Part shown: piece after piece, positions 18,266 through 27,962 of the stretch | How positions within the stretch are numbered: position 1 is the first letter of the stretch | How the letters are laid out: each line of letters begins with the position of its first letter | NCBI GenBank assembly: GCA_021162805.1 | Contig: JAGGXZ010000182.1 | Location: forward strand, 17,009 to 81,008 | Direction of reading: 5' to 3' | Source: Candidatus Poribacteria bacterium | Lineage (GTDB): Bacteria > Poribacteria > WGA-4E > B28-G17 | DNA: 64,000 nt | Program-made: the position numbers and the translations under genes | The notes under the pieces: model-generated | The model's input: only the letters and a program-made list of their open reading frames with translations | The model's database searches: none | Told to the model about the DNA's origin: nothing

Positions 18266-20370
18266 GATCCGAGGCCCTCGTCCCCACAAATTCAGGCTTC
18301 GTCTCGAGGGTGACAAGGCAAAGCGATATCGCCGTCGCATTAGGTGTGATCGGCATACTTTTCGTTATGCTTGTGCCGATGCCCGCCCTCCTGTTGGATA
18401 TGCTGTTAGCCATGAATATAACCTTCTCGCTCGTCACACTGCTTATCGTCCTTTATGTGACCAAACCCCTGGACTTTTCGGTCTTCCCATCGATGTTGCT
18501 TATAGCGACCCTCTTTAGGCTATCGCTGAACGTGGCCTCTACCAGGAGGATACTGCTCTACGGCGATCAGAGCGAGTTCGCCGCCGGTCATGTGATAAAT
18601 TCGTTCGGTAAGTTCGTCGTGGGGGGGAACTACGTCATCGGCTTCGTGGTCTTCCTGATCCTCGTGATCATACAATTTGTCGTTATAACGAAGGGTGCTG
18701 GCAGGGTAGCGGAGGTCGCCGCGAGGTTTACGCTGGATGCCATGCCGATGAAACAGATGTCCATAGACACCGATCTCAGCGCCGGTTTGATCACGGAGGA
18801 GGAGGCGAGAGCCAGGAGGGAGACGGTGGCGCGAGAGGCGGACTTCTACGGTGCTATGGACGGCGCAAGCAAATTCGTCAGAGGCGACGCCATAGCGGGA
18901 TTGATAATTACCGGGATAAACATCATCGGAGGATTGCTCATCGGCGTGCTTCAGAAGGGGATGCCCATATCGGAGGCCGCCAGGAGATATACGCTTCTCA
19001 CCATAGGCGATGGCCTTGTCAGCCAGGTGCCCGCTCTGATCATATCCACAGCGGCAGGCGTGTTGGTCACGCGGGCTGGAGCGGAGACCGATTTCGGAAA
19101 GAGCCTCACCGGTCAGATACTCTTTCAGCCCAGAGCCCTCGGCATAGCATCGGCTGTGCTTTTCGCTCTCGCACTTGTTCCTGGGCTTCCCAAGATCTCT
19201 TTCTTCATGCTCTCAGGTATCACCGGATCGCTGGCCTATCTGCTTATGCGCACTTCGCCTGCACAGGCGGAGACCGAAGAAGGTGAGGAGAAGAAACCCT
19301 CCCCCGAAAGCGAGGTTGAGGAGGTGGAGCGGATGCTGGATATGGACATCATGGAGCTGAACATAGGCTATAACCTCGTGCCGCTCGTAGATGTGAGGCA
19401 GAACGGAGTTCTGCTTGAGAGGATAAAGATGATAAGACGCAGATGCGCCAGAGAGCTGGGCATCATCGTGCCGCTCATAAGGATAAGGGATGATATGAGC
19501 CTGCCACCTAACGGATATTCGATCATGATCAAGGAGAACGTCGTGGCCAAAGGCGAGGTCATGCTCAATCACTATCTGGCGATGGAGACGGGCAGGGTGA
19601 CGGAGAAGATCGAGGGGATACCTACCACCGAGCCGACCAACAATATACCGGCACTGTGGATACGTGAGAAGGACAAAGAGAGGGCACAGATGGCAGGATA
19701 TATGGTCGTCGATCCGGTGACCGTCATAGCCACTCATCTCATGGAGACGATAAATAAACACGCCCATGAGCTTCTAACCAGACAGGATGTCCGGAGGCTT
19801 TTGGACAGATTAAGTGAGAGATACCCCGCTCTCGTGGATGAGCTGATTCCAAACCTGTTGTCCCTGGGCACGGTGCAGAAGGTGCTTCAGAATCTATTGA
19901 GGGAAGGGGTGCCGATCAGAGATCTGATCACGATCTTGGAGACGCTCTCAGATCACGCCCAGACGACCAAAGACCCTATGCTGCTTACGGAATTCGTCAG
20001 AAGAGCGCTGGGCAGAACGATCTGTAAGGAGCTCGTAGATGAGGACGGCACGCTCAAGGTTTTGACCCTGTCACCGGAGGTGGAGAGGAACATAGCTGAT
20101 GCGATACAGGATAAGGACGGGACGATGTATCTCGCACTCGATCCGGAGGTGGCTCGAAAGATCGTAAACGGGATCGCTACCGCGATAACCGAGATGGGAC
20201 AGCTTCAGGTTCAGCCCGTCATACTATGTGCCGAACCGCTTGTCAGACCTTTTCTGAGGCAACTGGTGGAAAGATTTATCCCCGGACTGGTAGTCCTTTC
20301 CTATGAGGAGATCCCTCCGGAGATGGAGGTAAAGCCGTTGGGCGTTGTAAACATTGAGGGGACGGATTAA
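18262..20370 (+). CDS. flhA: Flagellar export protein FlhA
   Basis: About 700 aa. Conserved TM core (LRLSLNVASTRRILL...FVRGDAIAGLIITGINIIGGLLIGV...DGLVSQVPALIISTAAG) and the FHIPEP domain. Confidence 0.9.
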   Translation: MRSEALVPTNSGFVSRVTRQSDIAVALGVIGILFVMLVPMPALLLDMLLAMNITFSLVTLLIVLYVTKPLDFSVFPSMLLIATLFRLSLNVASTRRILLYGDQSEFAAGHVINSFGKFVVGGNYVIGFVVFLILVIIQFVVITKGAGRVAEVAARFTLDAMPMKQMSIDTDLSAGLITEEEARARRETVAREADFYGAMDGASKFVRGDAIAGLIITGINIIGGLLIGVLQKGMPISEAARRYTLLTIGDGLVSQVPALIISTAAGVLVTRAGAETDFGKSLTGQILFQPRALGIASAVLFALALVPGLPKISFFMLSGITGSLAYLLMRTSPAQAETEEGEEKKPSPESEVEEVERMLDMDIMELNIGYNLVPLVDVRQNGVLLERIKMIRRRCARELGIIVPLIRIRDDMSLPPNGYSIMIKENVVAKGEVMLNHYLAMETGRVTEKIEGIPTTEPTNNIPALWIREKDKERAQMAGYMVVDPVTVIATHLMETINKHAHELLTRQDVRRLLDRLSERYPALVDELIPNLLSLGTVQKVLQNLLREGVPIRDLITILETLSDHAQTTKDPMLLTEFVRRALGRTICKELVDEDGTLKVLTLSPEVERNIADAIQDKDGTMYLALDPEVARKIVNGIATAITEMGQLQVQPVILCAEPLVRPFLRQLVERFIPGLVVLSYEEIPPEMEVKPLGVVNIEGTD

Positions 20371-20432
20371 GCCCGCAAAGGCATGTTTCTTGCTTAACTT
20401 TCACCTCGATACCGTCAGGGGGAGTTCGACAG

Positions 20433-21578
20433 ATGCAGATTAAGAGATATTATGGCAAAAGCGTTCATGCCGCTCTGGAAAAAGCAAAGGCGGAGCTCGG
20501 TCCCGATGCCATACTGCTTCATACCAGGACGCTCAAGTCCAGTATCCTCGGCGGCTCGACTGTTGAGGTGATCGTCGCCGTAGATAGAGAGGCACCCTCA
20601 GAGATAGATGAGGTGATCGGCGACGACGAGGAGAAGAACGAAGAGCCGGTCGAACGAGCAAAGGCTATCCTAACTGCCAATTCCTACAGACGAGCCGAAG
20701 GAGGTTACGAGCTTAAACATATAGGCGAGGAGCTGTCGGAGATAAGGGATCTACTACACATACTCCTGTCAAACGTCAAGAGGGAACAATCACTGGATCT
20801 CCCCGAGACGGTGCAAGGGATCTATGAAAAGTTCATCAAGAGCGAACTTGATCCGGCGATAGCTTATGATCTGGCCAAAGGCCTAGAACCATGTTTTTCA
20901 GATAACGGCAAATTGATAAACGAGAGGTTGGCCGAGCTGATCGGCAAGGCGACGAAGTTCAACGGTGGGATAACGCTGCAAGGTGGGATGAAAAGCGTAG
21001 CGCTTATCGGACCAACAGGTGTGGGCAAGACCACCACTATCGCTAAGCTGGGGGCTTACTTTAAGCTTAAACTCAAAAGGAAGGTGGCCTTTCTGACGAT
21101 CGATACCTATAGGATAGCCGCCGTTCAGCAGCTTCAGATATACGCCGATATAATGAGATCGCCCCTGAAGGTCGCCGATGATCCGGAGGAACTGGTCAGG
21201 GAAGTCGAGTCTCTTTCTGACCACGATCTCATCCTGATAGACACGCCTGGGAGAAGCCATTACGATGCGGCGAGGATAGGCGAGATAGAGAGGTTCATAG
21301 CCGTCTTGCCTCAGGTTGAAGTTTATCTGTTGATCAGTGCTTCCACGAGAAGCAGGGAGATATACGAGATATTAAACGGCTTCGGGAGTGTAGGGGTGGA
21401 CGGCTTGATCTTCACAAAACTGGATGAGGCCTCATGTTTCGGATCGATCGTCAATGCCGCAATACGCTCCGGCAAACCCCTGTCCTACTTTACGACAGGC
21501 CAGGATGTGGCGGGAGATATAGAGGTCGCCACGGTGGAAAGAGTGACATCCCTACTTTTAAGAGGTTTCAGGAGATGA
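20433..21578 (+). CDS. flhF: Flagellar biosynthesis GTPase FlhF (SRP-type)
   Basis: SRP-GTPase motifs VALIGPTGVGKTTTIAKL, DTPGRS and TKLDE. The N-terminus (MQIKRYYGKSVHAALEKAKAELGPDAILL) is FlhF-like. Confidence 0.85.
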   Translation: MQIKRYYGKSVHAALEKAKAELGPDAILLHTRTLKSSILGGSTVEVIVAVDREAPSEIDEVIGDDEEKNEEPVERAKAILTANSYRRAEGGYELKHIGEELSEIRDLLHILLSNVKREQSLDLPETVQGIYEKFIKSELDPAIAYDLAKGLEPCFSDNGKLINERLAELIGKATKFNGGITLQGGMKSVALIGPTGVGKTTTIAKLGAYFKLKLKRKVAFLTIDTYRIAAVQQLQIYADIMRSPLKVADDPEELVREVESLSDHDLILIDTPGRSHYDAARIGEIERFIAVLPQVEVYLLISASTRSREIYEILNGFGSVGVDGLIFTKLDEASCFGSIVNAAIRSGKPLSYFTTGQDVAGDIEVATVERVTSLLLRGFRR

Positions 21579-21580
21579 GC

Positions 21581-22501
21581 ATGAAAGATCAAGCTGCCAA
21601 TCTCAGAAAGCTTTTCTCCAATCCGACACTCGATATTGACATGGAGGAGGAGCCGTTAGTTCGACGGCATAACCCACGATTCCGCACGATAGCCATAACG
21701 AGCGGCAAAGGAGGGGTTGGTAAGACGAACTTCGCCGCTAATTTAGGAGTAGCGCTTTCACAGATAGGAAAGAAGGTGATCATCTTCGACGCCGATCTGG
21801 GGCTGGCGAACGTCGACGTCTTCTTCGACCTCCATCCGAAGTACAACCTCAAACACGTCGTGAGTGGCGAGAAGGAGATAGAGGAGATACTACTGGAAGG
21901 ACCCACCGGTATCAAGGTGGTTCCAGCAAGCTCAGGCGTTGAGATGATGGCTAATCTGCCGGAGAGGGAAAGGAGAAGATTGATCGTAAAACTGGGGGAG
22001 TTGTCGAATATGGCCGATGTGATGATCATCGACACGGCTGCCGGAATATCGCATAATGTGCTGGCCTTTGCCTCGGCGGCGGATATGATCATTATAATGA
22101 CCACCCCCGATCCTGCCGCCATAACGGATGCTTATGCCACGACTAAGGTACTATCCCGAAGGAAAAAGGGGCCGTTTATGCTCATCGTGAACATGGCCGC
22201 CGATGAGAGCCAGGCAAGGGAAGTTGCACTGAGCCTGATCCTGGTGGTGCGGAGATTTCTGGAGTTGGAGCTCAATTATATCGGCTTTATCCCTTTCGAT
22301 CCGTTCGTCTCCAAGGCCCTTAAAGGACAGGTGCCATTGGTGTTGAAATACCCGGGCGCTCCGGCCTCCAGGCACATAATGGCCATTGCCAGCAGGATCT
22401 ATAGCATACTCGGGAGCACGAAACGGACATGTCATATGGATTTCTTCGAGAAGATATCTCTTTCCCTGGAAAGGTCGCTAGGATCGGAGGAGGAAGAATG
22501 A
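21581..22501 (+). CDS. flhG: MinD-like ATPase FlhG (FleN/YlxH)
   Basis: Deviant Walker A (ITSGKGGVGKTNFAANLG), a ParA/MinD fold, and position right after flhF. RBS AGGAG lies 6 nt upstream of ATG 21581, and an alternative ATG at 21575 overlaps the flhF stop. Confidence 0.8.
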   Translation: MKDQAANLRKLFSNPTLDIDMEEEPLVRRHNPRFRTIAITSGKGGVGKTNFAANLGVALSQIGKKVIIFDADLGLANVDVFFDLHPKYNLKHVVSGEKEIEEILLEGPTGIKVVPASSGVEMMANLPERERRRLIVKLGELSNMADVMIIDTAAGISHNVLAFASAADMIIIMTTPDPAAITDAYATTKVLSRRKKGPFMLIVNMAADESQAREVALSLILVVRRFLELELNYIGFIPFDPFVSKALKGQVPLVLKYPGAPASRHIMAIASRIYSILGSTKRTCHMDFFEKISLSLERSLGSEEEE

Positions 22502-23202
22502 ATCAACCAATCCTTAAGCCCGGAATCAAGGTTCAGGTCGAAACGCTATCCGGGGCTCCCAGATGCAGGTTCCTGAGCCGTATAACTCATATCGACGACT
22601 ACTATATCTATATAGCCAAACCCTCTATCTACGATTTCGAGGATGGAGGGCAAACCGGTATACCTCCCAATACACTGCTCAGGGTCTCATTCTCGCTCAG
22701 CGAGGGAGAATTCGCTTTCGATTCGACCGTGAAGGGAAGACAGGCGGATGGATCGTATGTTCTAACCCGACCCCGAAGGTTCTACAGATGGAAAAGACAA
22801 TTTCTGAGAGTTGAAACCTCACTTTGGGTCAGATATGCCGTGATCCCAAGGGTGGAGATGGCCGGCAGGGTGGATCAAGTCAAACGAGCCTATGCCATGA
22901 CGGCCAATATAAGCGGAGGGGGAGTGCTCTTAAAACCTCAGGAAACCCTGCCGGTAGGCGCTATACTAGAGATGGAGATAGAACTCCCCGGAAGATCCGA
23001 TCCTATTCTGGCGATCGGTAGAGTAGTACATACCAAGTCAGGCAATGGTGTGGAGTTCCTCATCATAAACGAGCTCGATAGAAATGAGCTTATAAAATAT
23101 CTATTTGAAGAGGATAGAAGGAGAAGAAGAAGGCTTAGGGAGAAGGGATATGGAGGAGATCTACCCACCGGAATTTATCCCCATTCATCTGGAGATCGTT
23201 AG
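22498..23202 (+). CDS. PilZ-domain protein (putative c-di-GMP-binding flagellar regulator/brake)
   Basis: RBS GGAGGAGG. The start overlaps the flhG stop (ATGA). PilZ motifs RRFYRWKRQ (RxxxR) and NISGGG (D/NxSxGG). About 235 aa. Confidence 0.7.
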   Translation: MNQPILKPGIKVQVETLSGAPRCRFLSRITHIDDYYIYIAKPSIYDFEDGGQTGIPPNTLLRVSFSLSEGEFAFDSTVKGRQADGSYVLTRPRRFYRWKRQFLRVETSLWVRYAVIPRVEMAGRVDQVKRAYAMTANISGGGVLLKPQETLPVGAILEMEIELPGRSDPILAIGRVVHTKSGNGVEFLIINELDRNELIKYLFEEDRRRRRRLREKGYGGDLPTGIYPHSSGDR

Positions 23203-23330
23203 AACGGATGAGCTGCTACCGCTTAAAGCGTTAAACATAATGCTTAACGAGATGCGATCGAAATTAGACATGAAACTGATGAAGGAATTCATAGGATTTC
23301 TCGCCCAGAGCGAGAAGGCCACTCCAATCC

Positions 23331-24137
23331 ATGGAGGGAAAGCAGAGGAGAAAAATGCTGGAGGAACTTTGGGGGGCTTACAAGCTCAACGGCGATAAAA
23401 GGGCGAAGGATGAGATTATCAAACAATGTTTGCCTATGATAAGAGCCATAGCCCAGAGGCTTTCCATATATGCCTCTCCATCTCATGACATCGACGATCT
23501 GGTCAGCGCCGGGATAATAGGTCTCCTGGATGCCATAGAGAAGTTCAACCCTTCTAAAGGCGCTAGCTTTAAAACATACGCCACTTACAGGATCAAAGGT
23601 GCGATCTTGGATGAAGTCAGGGCGTTGGATTGGGTGCCGAGGTCCACGCGGGAGAAAGCTCAAAAGCTGGAAAAGGCCTACTCTGAACTCGAACAGCGCC
23701 TGATGAAACCTCCCTCAGAAGAGGAGGTAGCCGATTACCTGGGGATATCGGTCGAAGAGCTCAGAAAGACGCTGCTTGAGGTCAGCGGTATGGCACTGTT
23801 AACGCTGGAGGATATCGCCCTGGACAAGGAGGAAGAGGGGGCGATCAGGGATTTCATAGCCGATCCGAAAGCGGCGAACCCCGAAGACCAAATGGCCTTC
23901 GAGGAGGCGAAAAGTATATTGGCCGGGGCGATCCAATCCCTGCCTAAACAAGAGAAGATCGTCCTCAGCCTCTATTATTATGAGGAAATGACCATGAAGG
24001 AAATCGGAAAAGTTCTGGGGGTCTCCGAGTCCAGGGTGAGTCAGATACATTCAAGCGCCATCTTGAGGCTGAGGGGGAAGCTCAAGAGATTAAAGGAAGA
24101 TCTGCTTGCTTCTGTCGGGAGAAGAGCCTATGGATGA
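23331..24137 (+). CDS. fliA: Flagellar sigma factor sigma-28 (FliA)
   Basis: Sigma70 region 2 (DDLVSAGIIGLLDAIEKFNPSKGASFKTYATYRIKGAILDEVRALDWVPRS) and region 4 HTH (EEMTMKEIGKVLGVSESRVSQIHSSAILRLR). About 260 aa. Flagellar context. The true start may be the internal M at 23355. Confidence 0.85.
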   Translation: MEGKQRRKMLEELWGAYKLNGDKRAKDEIIKQCLPMIRAIAQRLSIYASPSHDIDDLVSAGIIGLLDAIEKFNPSKGASFKTYATYRIKGAILDEVRALDWVPRSTREKAQKLEKAYSELEQRLMKPPSEEEVADYLGISVEELRKTLLEVSGMALLTLEDIALDKEEEGAIRDFIADPKAANPEDQMAFEEAKSILAGAIQSLPKQEKIVLSLYYYEEMTMKEIGKVLGVSESRVSQIHSSAILRLRGKLKRLKEDLLASVGRRAYG

Positions 24138-25008
24138 AGGGAAGATCGTCAGAGAAAGACAAAGGGAAATCATAGAGGGGGATCTGAGGCTAACCGGATC
24201 GGAGAGGTTCTTCGAGGGTGACCTGATCGTTACCGGTAACGTTCGGGATGGCGTCTCCATATGCGTTAACGGGAGCGTTGAGGTCTATGGGATGGTGGAG
24301 GCAGCGGTAATAAGAGCACATGGCGACATCATCGTCCATGGCGGTTTGCCCGGCAGAGCATATCTCGATTCAGGTGGCAGCGTGATCATCCATTATGCCA
24401 ACAACTCCAGCATCGTCAGCACGGGAAACATCTTCATCAAGACGGGCGCCACACACTGCATGCTCACAGCCGATAATGAGATCTCCCTTGACCCTGAAAG
24501 GGGGTTGCTTTCAGGAGGAAGAGCAAGGGCCGGTAATGCCATCACCGCCGCTACCCTCGGTTCGCTTTACAAAACCGAAACCATTCTGGAAATCGGTATA
24601 ACCCCTATCTTCAGAGCCGAAAGCCAGAGAATCGCCGAGCGGATCGAGTTCCTCAGGGAGGAATTAGACAAGACACGGAAGGTGTTCGACCTGGTCGTCA
24701 ACTCCGATCCGCGATTCCTCTCCAAACGCCAGCTCAAACTGCTCGACCAGATCCCACTCCTCCAGATGAAGCTCTCCTACCTGTCAAAGGAACTGGGCAA
24801 ATACTCCAGGATGTATCAATCGGTCCAAAAGGCCATAGAGGAGGATCTGTCCGGGGGATTTATAAGGGTTTTCAAGAAGGTCTATCCCGGCGTCAAGATC
24901 ACGATCAACTTCACAAGCATGCAGATCACGGATATGCTTGAAGATGTCATATTCGAGGAATCGGGAGGTAGGATAAGATGTCGAAAACCGGATGGCGTTA
25001 TCTCCTGA
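24130..25008 (+). CDS. FapA-like (DUF342) flagellar assembly protein
   Basis: The start overlaps the fliA stop. Repetitive beta-helix-like segments (GDLIVTGNV.DGVSICVNGSVEVYG...GDIIVHGGL) followed by a coiled-coil, as in DUF342/FapA. Confidence 0.55.
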   Translation: MDEGKIVRERQREIIEGDLRLTGSERFFEGDLIVTGNVRDGVSICVNGSVEVYGMVEAAVIRAHGDIIVHGGLPGRAYLDSGGSVIIHYANNSSIVSTGNIFIKTGATHCMLTADNEISLDPERGLLSGGRARAGNAITAATLGSLYKTETILEIGITPIFRAESQRIAERIEFLREELDKTRKVFDLVVNSDPRFLSKRQLKLLDQIPLLQMKLSYLSKELGKYSRMYQSVQKAIEEDLSGGFIRVFKKVYPGVKITINFTSMQITDMLEDVIFEESGGRIRCRKPDGVIS

Positions 25009-25994
25009 ACTTCATCCTCTGTCTATCCCTCATATCCCTGATCTCCGTGAGAGGAGAGGGGGTAGAACTGATGGGTTTGAGATATAGATCCTCGGATAAT
25101 GGGTCCAGGATAACCCTCGATTTAAATGGGATGGCGAAATACGAGATCACTCCGGCGAAAGGGAAAATCCTGATCATCCTTAAAGGGTGTAGATCGGGAA
25201 TAGGATCTATTCCCGATCGCTTTAAGGATAAACTTGTGAGATCGATCGACGTCAAGCCAAGTGGGGAGGATCTATCAATCACGATCGATCTAAGGGAGAA
25301 GGCAAACCTCAGCGCCTTTATGACCCGATCTCCCTATAAGCTCATAGTCGATCTCTATCCGCTTCCCAGGCCTAAACCCAAACTTAAACCCAGCCTGGCT
25401 CCGGCAAAGATCACCGTCAAACGGCCTTCCCCTTCACCTTCGAAAACACCGCTTCAGGCAGCGGCGATGAGGAGGCCGACACATCGGAAATCCACCCCAT
25501 CTCAGCCAAAGCCGAAGGAGAAACCTAAGCCGAAAAAACCCTCACCGTCCGTCACATACCCTCCCCCCGAGGATAAAAGCGATGCCGGCTCCTCCTCGCC
25601 TGATCTCGCGTCGATGTTGAGCAGGGCTGAGAGGGAGAGGACGGGTGATGTCGAAATGCCAAAGGTTGGAATCGGCATCCCACCTCTCCTCGTGGCTCAG
25701 CTTTTCTTCAATCTTATCCTCCTCGCAGCGCTATATCTGCTCTGGAGAAAGATCGATAGATTAGCCTCTGGGATGAAGGATAAAGGCAAACCCTCCGGAG
25801 TTGGGAGCTTCTCTGAGGTTTTAGATGAGATAGTTGATCTGCAGGCCCTGGAGATCACGGAGGATAGGGATGACCCCAAGGTTCGGAAGGTGAAGAGGAT
25901 GTTAAAGGAGGGCCTTTCAGTGGATGAGATCGCCAAAAAGACCGGAATTCCAAAAGGCGAGGTAGAGCTCATATCCAGCCTATCGGGGATCTGA
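24978..25994 (+). CDS. Membrane protein with a periplasmic AMIN domain, Pro/Lys-rich linker, one TM helix, and a C-terminal sigma-region-4-like HTH
   Basis: Signal peptide. AMIN-like beta segment (RITLDLNGMAKYEI...KLIVDLYPL). PKPKxKP low-complexity linker. TM helix LLVAQLFFNLILLAALYLLW. C-terminal KEGLSVDEIAKKTGIPKGEVELI resembles a region-4 / LuxR-type HTH. Confidence 0.45.
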   Translation: MSKTGWRYLLNFILCLSLISLISVRGEGVELMGLRYRSSDNGSRITLDLNGMAKYEITPAKGKILIILKGCRSGIGSIPDRFKDKLVRSIDVKPSGEDLSITIDLREKANLSAFMTRSPYKLIVDLYPLPRPKPKLKPSLAPAKITVKRPSPSPSKTPLQAAAMRRPTHRKSTPSQPKPKEKPKPKKPSPSVTYPPPEDKSDAGSSSPDLASMLSRAERERTGDVEMPKVGIGIPPLLVAQLFFNLILLAALYLLWRKIDRLASGMKDKGKPSGVGSFSEVLDEIVDLQALEITEDRDDPKVRKVKRMLKEGLSVDEIAKKTGIPKGEVELISSLSGI

Positions 25995-26022
25995 TTCCGC
26001 TACGCCTTAGATCAAGCTGTAG

Positions 26023-26055
26023 GGGCCAGGCACTCCTCCTGGATGCCTGGCCCCT
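26023..26055 (+). terminator. Hairpin terminator candidate ending the flagellar transcription unit
   Basis: Perfect 11-bp stem GGGGCCAGGCA / TGCCTGGCCCC with an 11-nt loop, followed by the A/T-rich TATAATATAAAGTCT. It lies 29 nt after the stop of the last gene. Confidence 0.45.
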
Positions 26056-26216
26056 ATAATATAAAGTCTACGGTTTGTATTTTCCGCGGGAGTATGGATA
26101 TAATAAATATGCTAAACGTTCGTATATCCCGTTGAGTGTAGTTCTCATCTACTCCCGCTACACTCAGCGATAATATGAACGGATACCAAAACTCCATTCA
26201 GAGGTAACGGTTCGAG

Positions 26217-27962
26217 ATGAAAGTCCTACTTTCCGGAAATGAGGCGATCGCCCGCGGCGCCTATGAGGCCGGAGTAACGGTCGCCGCCGGGTATCCGGGA
26301 ACACCCAGCACCGAAATCCTCGAAACCCTGGTCAAATACAAGGATTCAGGAATCTACTGCGAGTGGGCGCCGAACGAGAAGGTGGCGCTTGAGATGACCG
26401 CCGGAGCGGCGATGGCCGGTGCCAGAGCCATGGCCACGATGAAACACGTCGGCCTGAACGTAGCCGCCGATCCCCTTATGACCCTGGCATACACGGGGAT
26501 TAAAGGCGGTTTATTGGTCGTCGTGGCCGATGACCCCGGCATGTATTCATCACAAAACGAACAAGATTCCCGAAACTACGCCCGTTTCGCCAAGGTCCCT
26601 CTCTTGGAACCCTCGGATAGTCAGGAAGCCAAGGAGTTCGTCAAACTGGGATTGGAGATCTCGGAGAGATTTGATATACCCGTTATCCTCCGCAGTTCCA
26701 CCCGTATCTCCCACTCGAAGAGCGCTGTTACGTTGGGGAGACGAATTGAAAGGGATGTGGAGATCGCCTTCGAGAAGAACCCCCAGAAATACGTGACAGT
26801 ACCCATCTATGCTCGAAAAATGAGGCTCAAGCTGGACGAGAAGTTCAAAAGGCTCTCCCAGTTCGTCAACACCCTCGAGTGTAACAGGATTATCGAGAGG
26901 AGCGATAAGCTGGGCATAATCACCAGCGGCATCGCTTATCAATATGTGGCCGAGATATTCCCCGATGCATCGATACTCAAGCTCGGTATGAGCTTCCCCT
27001 TCCCCGATAAGCTCATCCTAGATTTCGCCTCCAGGGTTGAAAAAGTGCTTGTCGTCGAGGAGCTGGATGATTTCCTCGAGGAGCATGTCAAAGCTCTGGG
27101 GATAAAGGCGATAGGGAAAGAGCTAGTTCCGCGGATCGGCGAGTTAAATCCCGATATACTTGAATCGGTCAGAGCGAAGCTCGAAGGACGTAAGGTCGAA
27201 GTTCAAGGCGGATCGGAAAAGTTCGATCTTCCCCCCCGACCGCCGGTCATGTGTCCGGGATGTCCTCACAGGGGGGTTTTCTACGCCTTAAGGCGATTTA
27301 AGCCTGTGGTGGTGGGTGATATCGGTTGCTACAGCTTGGCTGTTTTCCCTCCGTTGGAGATGCTGGATACCATAATCTGTATGGGTGCAGGTATATCGGC
27401 GGCACACGGTATGGATAAAGCGGGAGCTAAAGGGAATATCGTCGGGGTGGTGGGCGATTCAACCTTCTTCCACTCGGGGATCACCGGCCTCCTGGATATC
27501 GCCTATAACAGGGGAAAATCCACGATAATCGTGCTTGATAACAGAACAACGGCCATGACCGGCCATCAGGTGCATCCCGGTACAGGTCAGACGCTCATGG
27601 GCGATAAAACCCGTGAGGTGTCGATCGAGGATATAGCCCGTGCGCTCGGCATAAGAAGAATCAGGACGATCGATCCGTATGACCTTAAGGAGACGGAAAG
27701 GATCTTGGGGGAGGAGATCAACTCGGACGAGGCATCCGTGGTGGTCTCGCGAAGGACGTGTGCCTTGCTTTGTCGCGATCAGTGGGAGAAGCCGTATCGG
27801 ATCGATCCGGAATTATGTCGGATGTGCCGCAGATGCCTTAACCTGGGATGTCCTGCGATAGAGCTGACGCCTGATGGTAACTCCATCAGGATAAACGAAC
27901 TCCTATGCATCGGCTGCGGTATGTGTGAACAGGTATGTCCCTTTAAGGCGATTATGAGGTAG
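26217..27962 (+). CDS. iorA: Indolepyruvate:ferredoxin oxidoreductase alpha subunit
   Basis: About 580 aa. N-terminal pyruvate-flavodoxin/ferredoxin oxidoreductase and TPP-binding domains. C-terminal 2x[4Fe-4S] cysteine clusters (CRMCRRCLNLGCP...CIGCGMCEQVCP), the IorA architecture. Confidence 0.8.
   Translation: MKVLLSGNEAIARGAYEAGVTVAAGYPGTPSTEILETLVKYKDSGIYCEWAPNEKVALEMTAGAAMAGARAMATMKHVGLNVAADPLMTLAYTGIKGGLLVVVADDPGMYSSQNEQDSRNYARFAKVPLLEPSDSQEAKEFVKLGLEISERFDIPVILRSSTRISHSKSAVTLGRRIERDVEIAFEKNPQKYVTVPIYARKMRLKLDEKFKRLSQFVNTLECNRIIERSDKLGIITSGIAYQYVAEIFPDASILKLGMSFPFPDKLILDFASRVEKVLVVEELDDFLEEHVKALGIKAIGKELVPRIGELNPDILESVRAKLEGRKVEVQGGSEKFDLPPRPPVMCPGCPHRGVFYALRRFKPVVVGDIGCYSLAVFPPLEMLDTIICMGAGISAAHGMDKAGAKGNIVGVVGDSTFFHSGITGLLDIAYNRGKSTIIVLDNRTTAMTGHQVHPGTGQTLMGDKTREVSIEDIARALGIRRIRTIDPYDLKETERILGEEINSDEASVVVSRRTCALLCRDQWEKPYRIDPELCRMCRRCLNLGCPAIELTPDGNSIRINELLCIGCGMCEQVCPFKAIMR

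Noticed and set aside
26090-26170. Riboswitch or attenuator upstream of iorA (inverted repeats GGATATA...TATATCC and GAGTGTAG...CTACACTC)
   Set aside because: Only short 7-8 bp palindromes in an AT-rich leader. I recognise no known riboswitch consensus. They could equally be operator sites. The evidence is insufficient.
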